DNA of 64,000 nt, taken from positions 6,801,337 to 6,865,336 of the forward strand of contig NC_052172.1 in the NCBI RefSeq assembly GCF_902713615.1, in the 5' to 3' direction. The translations under genes and the position numbers were made by a program. Source of the DNA: Scyliorhinus canicula. Lineage: Eukaryota. Each line of letters begins with the position of its first letter. Position 1 is the stretch's first letter. Shown here in pieces: positions 1 through 12,149 of this stretch. Under the pieces are notes generated by a model, which was given only the letters and a program-made list of their open reading frames with translations, made no database searches and was not told the origin of the DNA.

Positions 1-2510
1 TCCGAATACAAACTACAGATTATTACACAAACACCTGAAAAGCGGCCTTGAGTCTGAGAGAAGCGAGTTAACGGTTGTCAACAGATTCTCAACCCGCCCT
101 CAAGAGACAGGTGTCCCTGTGATGAACAGATGAACAAAGGCCTTTGTACAGGGTGAAACTAAGAGATGTTTAAAGATTCTGAACTGAATTATTTTCTGTG
201 TGTGTGGGGCATTCCTCTTGGAACTGAGGAGGCTATGCCGAGGTTATCCAGAATGGAGGATTTTGGTTACTGTGCCGACTGTAGAATCTACTCCATCCAG
301 CGAAGAGATGAGGGGCAGAATTGATTGAGCCGTTGAGAATCAGGAGCGTTTTTCATCGTGCGAATAAAGAACAATTGTTTCCAGTGGCAGATGGTTCGCT
401 TGCTGAAGGAAAATGCTGTAATATAACTGGAGGAGCCATTTAGAATCGGTTTATTCTGTGTTTTTTTATGTTCTGGAAGAGGTCACCTGGAGGGATACTA
501 TACGTAGACCGAATCGGGACTGACTGGATCATTCTTTATCAGGGCTAGTACAGACAGGGAAGGTAGAATAACCTCCTTTCGCGCTAAATCAGTCTATGGT
601 CTTATCAGAATCAACCTCTCCATCGTTACTACTGTGACGTGTTGATCCGTTAACAACGTCATCTGATTGTAAACATGTTGATGACACCTGAAAGGAAGGA
701 CATTAACTGCATTGAAAAATTGTTCGTCATTAATTAGTGCCAATTGCAATCAATTAAATTTAGACTAAAGAATCTGAGAGTGAAGCAACAAAGGCCAGCG
801 GCCGGAGACTTTGTCATCGAAGACCTAAACTGGGGACTGTAAACTGAACTAGCAGAAAACGCTGAGGCCACAATACCCCGTCCTCCAACCTTAATTTACA
901 GCTCCGCCTTCACCTGATTGGCTGCAAGTAGCGCACATGGGAGCCGGCGTTGCTCAGGGTTCATCAGACATAAACGGGGTGGGCCAAAAGGTGTCAGATG
1001 AAATCTATTGTGACCCAATTCAGCACCAAGAATGATCCTCTCCAGTATCCAACTTCTAATGACAGTGCTGTCTCTAAATGGTGAGAAAGTAGAACACGAG
1101 GTGGAAGAAAGGAATATGTGTCACACAAACAAGTAATTACAAACTGGGACACAGGCAATTGGAGGAGTAGCAATCTTGCGGGTTTTTGGTCCTTCCCTCT
1201 CGGAATACAAAAGGAAAATGTGTCGCTTCCGTTGTATACAACATTGGTCAGTCCAGAATACAGAGCTGAATTTTGGGGAATATCTTACAATACCTTCGGG
1301 GTGAGGGACCGCGGGGTGGGGTGGGGGGTATCTTCGACGCACCCGTCACATTTGGGATTTCTGAGCTACATTCAAAAGCAAGAACATGCGTGGAACTTTC
1401 GACCCATCGAATTGCCCCGCCAGTGAAGCAGTTGAGGCTCCTTCATTAAATGCTTCCAAAATAAAGATAGATAGTTTTTTGAAGAATAAAGGAAGAAAGG
1501 GTTCTGGTGTTCGGACGGGAAAGTGGAGCTGAGTCCACAAAAGATCGGCCATGATCTCATTGAATGGCGGAGCAGGCTCGAGGGGCCAGATGGCCGACTC
1601 CTGCTCCTAGTTCTTATAACTCCATTTTTCAGCCTGTTCGTATAATCCTCGAGCATTTTGCCAGTCAGAATTCTCTCTAATTCATTCTTGAATATATTCA
1701 ATAAACGCAGCCTCCACTATTCGCTCGGAAGACAAATTCCGACAGAATCAACCGAAAAATTCCTCTTCAATCGTCTTCTTCTTCTTTGGACTTCACTAGT
1801 TTTACTCAGGGTCCCACAATGCCAGTTGATTGCGCAACCCCCATCTCCTCTGCTAAGTCACTCATTCCATCTGCTCTAAGGTATTTCTCTCTTTCGTTGT
1901 TCCAGGCAGTCTCATCGCCCACTCGCCGTCACCCAACTCACCACATTTCCGCTCTCTCTTTACCTCTGAAAGAGATGACTGGAGCATTTCAGCTTCTGCT
2001 GGTCTCCCCTCTCCGATGTTTCCAGAATATTCCCTGAATACCCCTCACACTCCCCGGCGGGTTGGTTCCTGAATTGATTCCTTTCAGTCCGCTTCCCTCA
2101 TTCAGATGGCATTACTGCCCAGTTCTTCTTCCTCTCTGCTTGATGTTGTTGAAGTTTCTGCACGGAATACCAAGCCCCATCTCATTACTGTCTTGTAGAT
2201 TAAAGAAGAGCATAATGTCCCGGCATCCATTGCTCTCGTGAGTTCTACAGACTCACGCCCCTTTGAGAGACGTAAGATTGCTTCAGCAGCAACTTCGGTA
2301 GAGTGCACTAGGGAACTGGTAATGCTGGATTTGGTGATGCGTAATGAGGTAAACTTGATTCGGGAACTTAAGGTGACGGAGTCTTTTGGGGCAGTGACCA
2401 CAATATGATATAATTCGTCCTTCGGTTTGAGAGGGAGAAGCTGCAATCAGATGTAACGGTATTACAATTGAATAAAGGTATCTACAAAGACATGAGGGAA
2501 GAGCTGGTCA

Positions 2511-2735
2511 GAGTTTTTAAAAAATAAATTTAGAGTACCCAATTCAGTTTTTCCAATTAAGGGGCAATTTAGTGTGGCCGATCCACCTACCTTGCACATT
2601 TTTGGATTGTTGGGGCGAAACCCACGCAAACATGGGCAGAATGTGCAAACTCCACACGGACAGTGACCCAGAGCCGGGATCGAACCTGGGACCTCGGCGC
2701 CGCGAGTCAGCAGCGCTAACCACTGGGCCGCCGTT
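2511..2735 (-). mobile_element. tRNA-derived HE1/V-SINE-type SINE (short, A-tailed form)
   Basis: A/B-box head and conserved core. Confidence 0.85.
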
Positions 2736-3469
2736 CTGCCCCGAGCTGCTCAGAGTTGATTGGAAGGGGTGCCTAGCAGAGAAGACAGTGGAACAGCAAT
2801 GGTAGGAGTTTTGGGGGTTTATTCGGGAGGCACCACATCAATTCATCCCAAGGAGGAGAAACATGCTAAGGGAAAGACTTTCGTAGAAAGAATAGAGGCT
2901 GAGGCTATTTTCAAAATTGCACAAGGCTTCGGAGATGTGACGCACAAAGGGATGTAGGAGTCCTAGTTCACGATTCTCTTTAGGTTAACATGCAGGTTCA
3001 GTAGGCAGTTAGGAAGGCAAATGCAATATTAGCATTCATGTCGAGAGGGCGAGAATAAAAGAGCAGGAATGTTCTGCTGAGGCTCTTTCAGGCTCTTCTC
3101 AGACCCTATTTGGAATATTATGAGCAGTTTGGGGTCACGTTTCTAAGGATGAATGTGCCTGACTTGGAGGGGGTCCACAGGAATGATCCCGGGAATGAAG
3201 AGCTTGTCATGTCAGAGGTATATTCTCGAAGGTATTCAGAAAGTTGAGGGGGAGGAGATGACGGGAACAGCAAGTTGCAGTAGATGAAGTGAGTAAGACA
3301 GTACAAAGCAGGGTAGAGTTTATTGCGGGTCATCCACGGTGGGTCGAAGGTGTTAGAGTAATTTCCAACTGATGCGAGGCAACGAGACGTTGAGGAAACG
3401 AATTCGTTGTCCAGCTCTCCAAATCACTTACCCTAGAACACAAATATAATTCAAAATCATAGGAAGCGG

Positions 3470-4170
3470 AGTGGAGAACTTGCCCCTGTCTACATCAATG
3501 GGAACGAAGTAGAAAGGGTCGAGAGCTTCAAGTTTCTATGTGTACAGATAACCAACAGCCTGTCCTGGTCCCCCCCTTTCTTAACTACAGTGTCGGCATT
3601 GGGGGGGGGGGGGGGCGCAATGCCGACACTATAGTTAAGAAAGCCCACCAGCGACTCTATTTTCTCAGAAGACTGAGGAAATGTGGCATGTCAGCTACGA
3701 CCCTCACCACGTCTACAGATGCACAATAGAAAGCATTCTTTCTGGTTGTATCACAGGTTGGCATGGAGCCTGCTCTGCCCAAGACCGCAGGAAACTACAA
3801 AAAGGTTGTGAATGTAGCCCAGTCCATCACGCAAACCAGCCTCCCATCCATTGACTCTATCTATAATTCCCGCTGCCTCGGAAGGGCGACGGCATAATTA
3901 AGGACCCCACGCACCCCAAACATACTCTCTTCCACCTCCTTTTGATGTTTGAGGTCATGTACCAACCGACTCAAGAACAGCTTCTTCTCTACTGCCACCA
4001 GACTTTTGAATGGACCTACCTCGTATTAAATTGATCTTTTCTCTACACTTTGCTATAACTTAAACATTATATTCTGTAGTCTCTCCTTCCTTCCTTATAT
4101 ACGGTATGCATTGTTTGTACAGCATGCAAGAAACAATAGTTTTCACTGTACACAAATACATGTGACAATA
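3470..4170 (+). mobile_element. Rex1/Babar-type LINE 3' fragment
   Basis: KKAHQRLYFLRRLRK..TLT motif typical of this clade's RT C-terminus; decayed. Confidence 0.6.
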
Positions 4171-4854
4171 GTAACTAAAATCAAATCAAAGAGACCATAG
4201 AACCTCATCGAATTCAGCCTTCCTATCGGGAGAATGTACAAAATGGTGGATGTTCGACTCGAATTGTTCCAGAGACCGGAACATATGGAACAAAGTGCTC
4301 AGTTAGAATCCAAAGACTCCCTCCAGTGCAGATGAGGCCATTCGGTCCATCGAGTTGTCACCGACCATCTGAAAAATTTCTGGGCAACGCGCTTCAGGAA
4401 GGATATATTGGGCCTAGACAGTGTTGAATGCACATTGACTGGAATGCGACCAAGCGTTGTGGGTTAAATGTACAGGGGTATGAAACATAAGGTTGTCTGT
4501 ATTACCTTCAGTTTAAATATTATACAAAATAATAAAAATAAATTGAAAACAAATTATGGGGGTGATTGAATAGTTTAAGCACTGGAGGAGGAATTTTAAG
4601 CATAGAAACAGAGGAACAAACTGAAGGTGCTCAAGTGTCATTCATGTCGTTCATGGTCCTGGGGTGTCCTCTGTTGGCTGCTGGAGGAAGAAACCAGAGT
4701 CCCTTAAACAACCCTCTTCACTTTGTTACTTTGCATTTCTATTAATCAGCCATTTCTTTCATACGCTCCTGCTATCCTTATTTTATTCATCAAGTCTTCT
4801 CATCATTTATCATCGTCATAGAGCATTACAGCATAGAAAGAGATCCTTCAGCCG

Positions 4855-6230
4855 ATCTTGTCTGTGTCGGACATTAGCACATACCTCTTCCACTCTCGTT
4901 GTCCTGAACTTGGTCCGTGGCATTGTGTGCTGCGGCGTTTCAAGTGCTAATATAAATATTTCCGAAATGCTGTGAGGGTTCCCGCCTCCACCACCCATCA
5001 GGCAGCGAGTTCCAGATACCCACCACGCTCGGGGTGAAAAAGATTTTCCTCAAATACCTTCTCAACCTCCCTCCTCTCACGTTAAATTTATGCTCAGTGG
5101 TGATTAATACTGCCATTAAGAGGAGTGATTTCTTCCTATCTGCCCATGTCCTTCATAATTTTGTACACCGCAATCAGGTTCCCCTTCAGCCTTCTCTGCT
5201 CGAAGGAGAACAACCCCGGCCTAACCAGTTTCTCTTCATAACTCCAGAAATGCTCCAGCCCAGGCAACATCCTGGTGAATGTCCTCTGCACCCAATCACA
5301 TCCTTCCTGTAGTATGGTGACCAGAGCTGCACCCAGTACTCTAGCTGTGGCTTAATGAGCTTTCTATAGAGCTCTATCATAACCTGTCTGCTCTGATCTC
5401 AAATGGCTCCTGGAAGTCCATAAATAACATCCTTTTAACATTCCCCTGCTCACTACCTTACTCATCTCTTCAAAATATCCCTGTGATGAATCCATGCTGT
5501 CTCTTCCTGATTAACTGAACGTTTTCGAGGTATTCAGTTATCCAATACCTGATTATAGAGTCCAACAATTTCCCCACCGTAGATGTGAGACTAACCGCAC
5601 TGGAATTCCCTAGTTTCCTCCTTTCATCCTTCTTAAAAAGTGGAATGCCATGAGCAATTATCCAACCCAGACCTAGGACTCCTGAATCTAGGGACCTCTG
5701 GAACATTACAGTTAGGGCATCTCAATGTGTTCCTCTACTTCCTTTAACACTCTCGGATAAAACCTGGTCCTGAGGATTTGTCACTCTTTAGCTCCATTAA
5801 TTATCGCATTGTCAATGTTTTATTGATTAATTTTATTTCCTCTTTGTCCCCCATCCTCAACTGATGTCCCCGGGTTTTCATTTCTCCTACAAGTTATCCT
5901 CCTTCTCTATTGCAAATGCTGATGCAAAGTAATTATTCAACATGTCTGCCATGTTCTAATACTCACTGACAATATCCGCACTTTCAGTCTTTCACTGACC
6001 AACATTGCTCCGAACCACCCGCGTTCCCGTTCAGTAATAAAGACATGGTTGAGTCAAATATCAGCTTTTCCCAACAAACTGGCCCCTTTTTTCGCTGAAT
6101 GTGTTCAATAAATTAGTGCCAGATGGGTTCATGTTATATCCTGACAGCTTTCCTTTTTAGTCTTTTCTCCATCGTCTGTTTATCCACTTTATTATTCAAC
6201 TCTTAAATGTACCTCCGCTGTTCACCTGAA
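4855..6230 (-). mobile_element. CR1 LINE ORF2 fragments
   Basis: Antisense peptides PQLEYWVQLWSPYY and LTSTVGKLL..QHGF. Confidence 0.75.
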
Positions 6231-6649
6231 GACATTGTGGCGAGTTCCACATTCCCAGCAGCCTATGGGAATCTATCTCCTGAATTCCGATTCGATCTTT
6301 CTCGTGACGATTTTATATTGATGATCTCCTAAATCTGGTGTCTCCACAAATGGAAACAGCTATCGAACCCGATTCATAATGGCAAACACTTCGATCAGCG
6401 CAGCCCCCAAACCGTCCCTTTTCTACAGAAACGAACATGTTCTGTTATCCCTGATATTTATAACAGTTCTGTCAATACCGCTGTCCATTTTCCAGTTCCC
6501 CTTTTCCAATGCTCATCTAAATCCAATCACTGACATTGATAATAATCTTGATCCTGTTGCCAAAAATATAGTCACTCAGCACGACAAACTACAGCTGCTG
6601 AAAGCACCGCGCGGTTTTCTCGCTCACAGCTGTCCCCTGCACCCTTTCG

Positions 6650-6686
6650 GGTTTTTGTTGAACTGCTCCATCTCTCAGTCACTGTG
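6650..6686 (-). other. RSS of V1: CACAGTG + 21-bp spacer + ACAAAAACC
   Basis: Heptamer 6680-6686, nonamer 6650-6658, spacer 6659-6679 counted as 21 nt. Confidence 0.9.
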
Positions 6687-7136
6687 AAGACTCCAGGCGC
6701 AGTAATACACGGCCGAGTGATCCACCCGTAGGCTGGAGGTCGCCAGTTTGAGCTCGGAGCCACTCGGTCTCTTGGCGGTGAAACCGTCCACCGGGTTACT
6801 CAAATCCACATCACCGCTAAGCGCAGAGTAAAACATAAACTGAAGCTCCTTCCCCGGGTATTGTCTGTACCAGAACATATCAGGGTTACTGTTGCCCTGG
6901 ACACCGCAATGCAGTTCCACACTGTCCCCGGGATATTTAGAGACAGCTGCGGGAGTCTGGCGGACAGTCTGCGAGTTCACGTCTGGGGAAGAGACAAGAG
7001 AGGAAGAGGTCAGAACCGGGGTAATCTGGGAGGTGCAGAAGGGAAGATAGAAAGAAAAAACTAAGAGGAAAGAAAAGTTCCTTGTTAATAATCACTCACA
7101 TTGAAATAAGATCAGGAGACTCAGTAACGCACACAT
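6687..7136 (-). CDS. TRBV: TCR beta-type V segment V1 (leader exon 7136-7100, V exon 6982-6687); open frame, but RSS spacer is 21 bp
   Basis: Leader MCALLSLLILFQ with GTGAGT donor (phase 1); CAG acceptor at 6983; QTVRQTPAAVSKYPGDSVELHC...WYRQ...YYCAWSL with Cys23, Trp41, Cys104; followed by CACAGTG. Beta assignment from similarity to recalled TRBV30 and 23-type RSS family. Confidence 0.9.
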
Positions 7137-7199
7137 GTTGTCTGGCAGGCTTTATTCGAATAACGAATGAACTAAGTCAACAGCGTTGCATCTTGTTGC

Positions 7200-7300
7200 T
7201 TTTTCGACGTCAATGAGTCATGACGTTTTTTCCGAACTGACGTCCTTGTGGGTGACCAGGCTCCTCCTACTCTGATTGAAAGGCCCATGATTGGCTGATG
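7200..7300 (-). promoter_or_regulatory. V1 promoter: CCAAT box (7290-7294) and CRE/AP-1-like motifs (GACGTCA, TGAGTCA, TGACGT)
   Basis: ATTGGCTGA 154 nt upstream of the ATG; same CCAAT position in V3, V4, V6. CRE-like elements are typical of Vbeta promoters. Confidence 0.6.
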
Positions 7301-7597
7301 GGAACAGGCGACTCCAAAATCGAGAGAGACAGGTGAAGCGAGTGGGCAAAGCAATAGCAGATGCAGTTTCATGTGGGAAATTCTGAGGTCATCCGCGGTC
7401 AGGCCTTATGAAGCGGAAGAGGAATAATACTTAACTCTGAAGAACTGTGGAGTTACAAAGGCATTTAGTTGCCCCGCTAATCAGAAACCTGAGCACGTTC
7501 TGTTTCATTGTAGAGAACCCTCGGTAGATTCTAAAGGTAATCCGTTTTTCCTTCTGAGCAGACAATTCAGGAAAGGGTGAATAAGTAAGGCTGGTGA

Positions 7598-7812
7598 CGA
7601 CGCGGTGGCCTAGAGGTTAGCACTGCTGCCTCATGGCGCCGAGAGCCCAGGTTCGATCACTCTCGGTGTGGAGTTTGCACATTCTCCCCGTGTCTGCATG
7701 TGTCTCACCCCCCACAACACAAAGATGTGACGGGTAGATGGATTGGCCAATTTAAATTGCCCCTTAATTGGAAAAAATGAATTGGGGACTCTAAATTTTA
7801 TTTTTAAAAGAG
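7598..7812 (+). mobile_element. HE1/V-SINE-type SINE (short form)
   Basis: Head, core, A-rich tail. Confidence 0.85.
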
Positions 7813-8886
7813 TTAAAAACTGATTCTGCAGAATTATCTCCCGCCCTTACTGTGAATATTCCTCTCGCTGCACTCTGTCTTTCTCTACGTAATTCTCTGT
7901 GCAAGGAAACTGCATTGAAAAGTAAAGGGGCTCTGATCTCAGCTGCTGCCCAATCACAGGCAGTGAAGGAGGATTCACAGGGACCTGGATCCATAGCTCC
8001 CAAGTTCTAGGCCCATCGCCCCTTCACTGCCATGCCAACGTCTGTTACTCAATCTTGTAATCAGTGCAAATTGAAAGGAAGTGTTGTAAATGCTTAGCTT
8101 AGCAGGTCTGGCAGCAACTGTGGAGACAGAAACAGTTCACATTTCGATTCCAAATGACTCTTGTTGAGAAAAGTTATACAATATTGTATTGGAAACGTTA
8201 ACTCTGATTCTCACTTCACAGATACGGCCCGACCCACTGATTATTTACATCATTTGCGATTGTTCTTTCAGATTTTCCACCTCAGCTGTATTTCGATTTG
8301 AATTTAATATGCAACATGCTGGTTCAGAGATTGAGACCTGAAAGATGGTCGCTTGCAAGGGCTGGAACAGGCCGGTCCGGATCATTCATGAACAGAGCGG
8401 GAGACTGGAGTGGAGCAGCAGAAATCTGAGACACAGAGGGACCTGACTGTCCTGGTTAATGATTCACAAAGAGTTAGTCTACAGGTACAGCAAGTGAAGG
8501 TGAATGAAACATTGGAGTTTATTGCAATGGTTTAGAAGATAATAGTAAGTAAGCATAGGAAGTATAGGACTTTAGGGTGACATTACGTGGACTATCATAG
8601 AATGATTGAATCCCTACAGTGCAGAAGGTGGTTATTCGTCCCATCTATGGGTTGAAAGCGCCATTGCCTCACATTGCCAGGGAATTGGGGCTCGGGTCAC
8701 TCTGTATGAGGAGTTTGCACTTTCTCCCCATGACTGCATTGGTTTCCTCCAGATTCTCCAGTTTCCTCCCACAGTACAAAAGATGTGCAAGTTAGGTGGA
8801 TTGTCCATGCTCACTTTTGGACCCATTGCAGGTTCCTGCCCCCCTCCCCCCACCCCACCCCCACCGCTGTTTTCCGATGCCTTTAG

Positions 8887-9205
8887 GGTTCTTGTTGTAT
8901 AGTTCCATCCCTCTCAGTCACTGCGAAGACTCCAGTCCGAGCGCGTCAGCCACTGGCCAACGGACCCCAGGTTGGTCTTATTCACTGGGTCCCCTCAATG
9001 TGAAACTGTCCATTGCCCTGTCTGGATCAACATAATTTGCAGCATTAGAATAAAACATTAGCTGCAGCTCGGAGGGAGTAGTGTCTGTACCAGAACATGT
9101 AGATGTTGCTGCAACTGCCCTCCACACTGCAGCTCAATCTCAATCTCTCCCCTGGACATCTGGAGAGGGCGGCGGGAGTCTGGCGGATAGTCTGAGACTT
9201 CACAT
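8887..9205 (-). pseudogene. TRBV: V2, TRBV pseudogene (V8 subfamily)
   Basis: VKSQTIRQTPAALSRCPGERLRLSCSVEG..MFWYRH then frameshift, in-frame TAA, degraded FR3; heptamer mutated to CGCAGTG (8919-8925), 23-bp spacer, nonamer ACAAGAACC. Leader would fall in or beyond the N gap. Confidence 0.85.
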
Positions 9206-9262
9206 CTGAGAAAGAGACAGGGAGAGGAGATCAGGAGATGAGACCCTCTGCTTGGTGAAGAA

Positions 9263-9455
9263 NNNNNNNNNNNNNNNNNNNNNNNNNNNNNNNNNNNNNN
9301 NNNNNNNNNNNNNNNNNNNNNNNNNNNNNNNNNNNNNNNNNNNNNNNNNNNNNNNNNNNNNNNNNNNNNNNNNNNNNNNNNNNNNNNNNNNNNNNNNNNN
9401 NNNNNNNNNNNNNNNNNNNNNNNNNNNNNNNNNNNNNNNNNNNNNNNNNNNNNNN
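9263..9455. other. Assembly gap (193 N)
   Basis: Run of N. Confidence 1.
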
Positions 9456-10156
9456 TTGACAAAAACATCAGAGGAAATGTGGAAGCCTGACTCTGTCTGG
9501 GTGAATGGGAGCTTTTAACACAAAAAAATATCGTTTTTCTACTAAAATAGCTCCTCGAGATTTAGGGAGAAAGACGGGAAGACGGTAATTAGTAACAGAG
9601 CGGTCATGATCTCAGTCAATGATTGATAAATCCCAAGATGCTGGACCGGCTCCTTCACAGACTTGAAGGGCTGAATGGCCTCCTGATGTCCCTGAGCAAC
9701 AAATTCAAAGGAGGATGAATGACCCTTTGGTTGTGAGGGGCTGAATGGGCTCTTCATGTTCCTCAATAGCAAGTCCAGAGAGTCTCAATGACCTTCTTTC
9801 TTACGCTGTTTCGTAGGTTCACAGGAGCCGAATAGTCCCTGTGTCCCTGTTAAACAATGTACGACACACTGCTCTCCTTTCATGGTCCTCGAGCGCCGCC
9901 TGCTGTTACTCTGGAGAATAATTACACAGTCAATAATTGAACCCCAAACAGTTTTCCGCAGTCAATCCTTTCAATTCTCCTGTTATGTTTGTCAATCTAT
10001 CCCCAGATACCCATCCTATATCACTTTTTAATTGTTTATTGTCACAATCACGTTCATTGTACAAGAATGCGACACCGCCTGGTTATCTCGCTCACAGCTG
10101 TTTCTTGCTGCCTTTGGGTTTTTTGTTGAACTGCTTCATCTGTCTGAGTCACTGTG

Positions 10157-10617
10157 AAGACTCCAGGCGCAGTAATACATGGCCGAGTGATTCACCCGCA
10201 GGCCGGAGGACTTCAGGTTGAACTGGGAGCCACTCGGTCGTTCTGCGTTGAAACTGTCCACCGTCCCCGGCTGAATCACACTTGCTGTAGCTGCTGAATA
10301 AAACATCAGCTGGAGCCCCCTCCCGAGGTGTTGTCTGTACCAGAACATGTCACCGCTACTGGCTCCCTCCGCAGTGTACTTCAGTTCCACTGCCTCTCCA
10401 GGGGATTTGCAGACATTGTTAGGAGTCTGATGGACTGTCGCTGAGTTGACGTCTGAAAAAGATATGGGGAGGTGAGGGAGTCAATAAAGAGGGAGAATTA
10501 GACAATAGGAGGAAGGAAATTAGAAAGAAATTAAAGGATAAATGATGATGCCAAAAAATATTGCAAGAAAAGACATTCACATTGTAATAAGTTGACGAGG
10601 CTCAGTAACAGATACAT
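10157..10617 (-). CDS. TRBV: TCR beta-type V segment V3 (leader 10617-10581, V exon 10452-10157); open frame with Cys23 replaced by Tyr
   Basis: Leader MYLLLSLVNLLQ, GT donor, CAG acceptor; ATVHQTPNNVCKSPGEAVELKYTAEG..WYRQ..YYCAWSL; RSS CACAGTG (10150-10156) + 23 + ACAAAAAAC (10118-10126). Confidence 0.88.
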
Positions 10618-10729
10618 GTTCACTTGCAATTTGTTTTGCAAACAGGAAATCGAGTAAATAAGGCTCTAGTCCTGCTGGAATGAGACCGTCTCCTTTCAAA
10701 TTATTCAAGTAAATACGTGTCAAGGGGGA

Positions 10730-10800
10730 GTAGACGTTTGAAGACTCCCCTGACACTGTCACTGAAAGGCCCGCCTTTCTCTGTCATTGGCTGCAATGGG
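10730..10800 (-). promoter_or_regulatory. V3 promoter region with CCAAT box (10786-10790)
   Basis: ATTGGCTG 169 nt upstream of ATG, homologous position to V1/V4/V6. Confidence 0.5.
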
Positions 10801-11064
10801 TGCAATGAAAACAGGCGTTTTCGAACGCGTCACTGTTTGAAGAAGTGGGTAAATCCGTGGCAGATGCAGTTTCATGTGAACAAGTCCATGCTCCTCCGGG
10901 GCAGGGTGAAGCGAGAGATCAGCACTGTCTAACTGGTGAGAAGAGACGGTCTGTGGAGCAGCTAGTGAATTCATTTCTGTAGCTGTACTAGACTCCCGAA
11001 ACACGGATAAACATGTACAACAAATATCAAAACCTAATGAAATGCTCGCCTTCAATTGTATGGG

Positions 11065-11400
11065 GGCTCGGTAGCACAGTGGTTAGCACAGTGGCTTCTT
11101 AGCTCCAGAGTCCCGGGTTAGATTCCCGGCTTGGCTGATGGTCTGTGTGGAGTCTGCACGTTCTCCCCGTGTCTGCGTGGGTTTCCTCCGGGTGCTCCGG
11201 TTTCCTCCCACAGTCCAAAGCTGTGCAGGTTAGGTAGATTGGCCGTGCTAAATTTCCCCTCAGTGTCCAAAAAGGTTCAGTGGGGTTACAGGGTTAAGGG
11301 GAGAGGTTGGAGTTGTGGTCTGGGTTACAGGGTGAGGGCCGGTGCGGACTCGATGGGCCCAATGACCTCCTTCTGCCCTGTAATTCCTCCGATTTCTATG
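11065..11400 (+). mobile_element. HE1/V-SINE-type SINE (CR1-like tail)
   Basis: Head, core, gactcgatgggcc tail. Confidence 0.85.
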
Positions 11401-12149
11401 AATTCCGGGGAGCTCATAATCGAATGAGGGAGGTTCTGCTCCAGTTTTTGAGAAGCTGAGGAAGACTCCAGACGGGATATGTGTTCCAGCCCCTGGATAG
11501 ATTCTCCCGGACAAACTTCAGGAGGAGGATTCACCAGAATGATCGCAGGCCCCAGAGGGTGACATCTTGGGGCACTTTGCACAATCTAGCGCAATTTCCC
11601 TTGATTCTCGGAGGCTGAGGGGAGAACAGACTTGTGGTGGTTTTAGACGCTATTGGGATTAACAGGGATGGGACTGAATTCACAAATCAGAATGTACAAT
11701 TCGGACTTCAGGCTGCGAGGAAGGGGAAGCATTTATTACACACATGGGGGTGGGAATCTCGAACTCTGCCACCCAAATACAGTCAATGTTGTTGCTGAGT
11801 TGGATATCTGAAGGCCGAGATTGATAGATGTCCATTGATTAGTCGAGGGATACATACTGGAGCCGGGTAGATAGAGTGCAGGTACAGATCAGTGCAATCA
11901 AATTGAACGGCTAGACTCTCGGGGTCTTTCTGGGGTCTGACTGATCCTATTCATGTCCCAGGCAATGATGAGTTTCATTGTTTTAGAGCGCCCTCTGTAA
12001 AGACAATTTGGAAATTCAGTGTAACTCGGGTCTTTTCACTGATTCCCCTGTTCGTTCCCTCTTGTTTCTATTGTCCATCAACTCTAACCTTTATTTGTAT
12101 TTATTTTTATTTTTATTACCTTTTCGCATTGTGTGGGGGCGGGGGGAAC

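Noticed and set aside
780-930. CCAAT at about 917 with a downstream ATG, possible V promoter
   Set aside because: No leader-like exon, donor or V exon follows.
2102-2446. 114-aa ORF
   Set aside because: Opposite strand encodes CR1 endonuclease motifs (LDLV..NE..SDHNMI).
1-6600. D or J segments 3' of the V cluster
   Set aside because: No 12/23 RSS pair or FGxG J motif with RSS recognised; region is mainly LINE/SINE debris.
7172-7372. ORFs starting MKLHL(L/P)LLCPLASPVS (also 21924-22106, 26497-26760) look like signal peptides
   Set aside because: Antisense reading of a CR1 RT relic; no splice donor. The real leaders are the 37-nt exons nearer the V exons.
11400-11560. Possible further V relic (ctggagtcttcctcagc...tggagcagaac resembles a V end and spacer)
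   Set aside because: No heptamer, nonamer or alignable frameworks; too weak to call.
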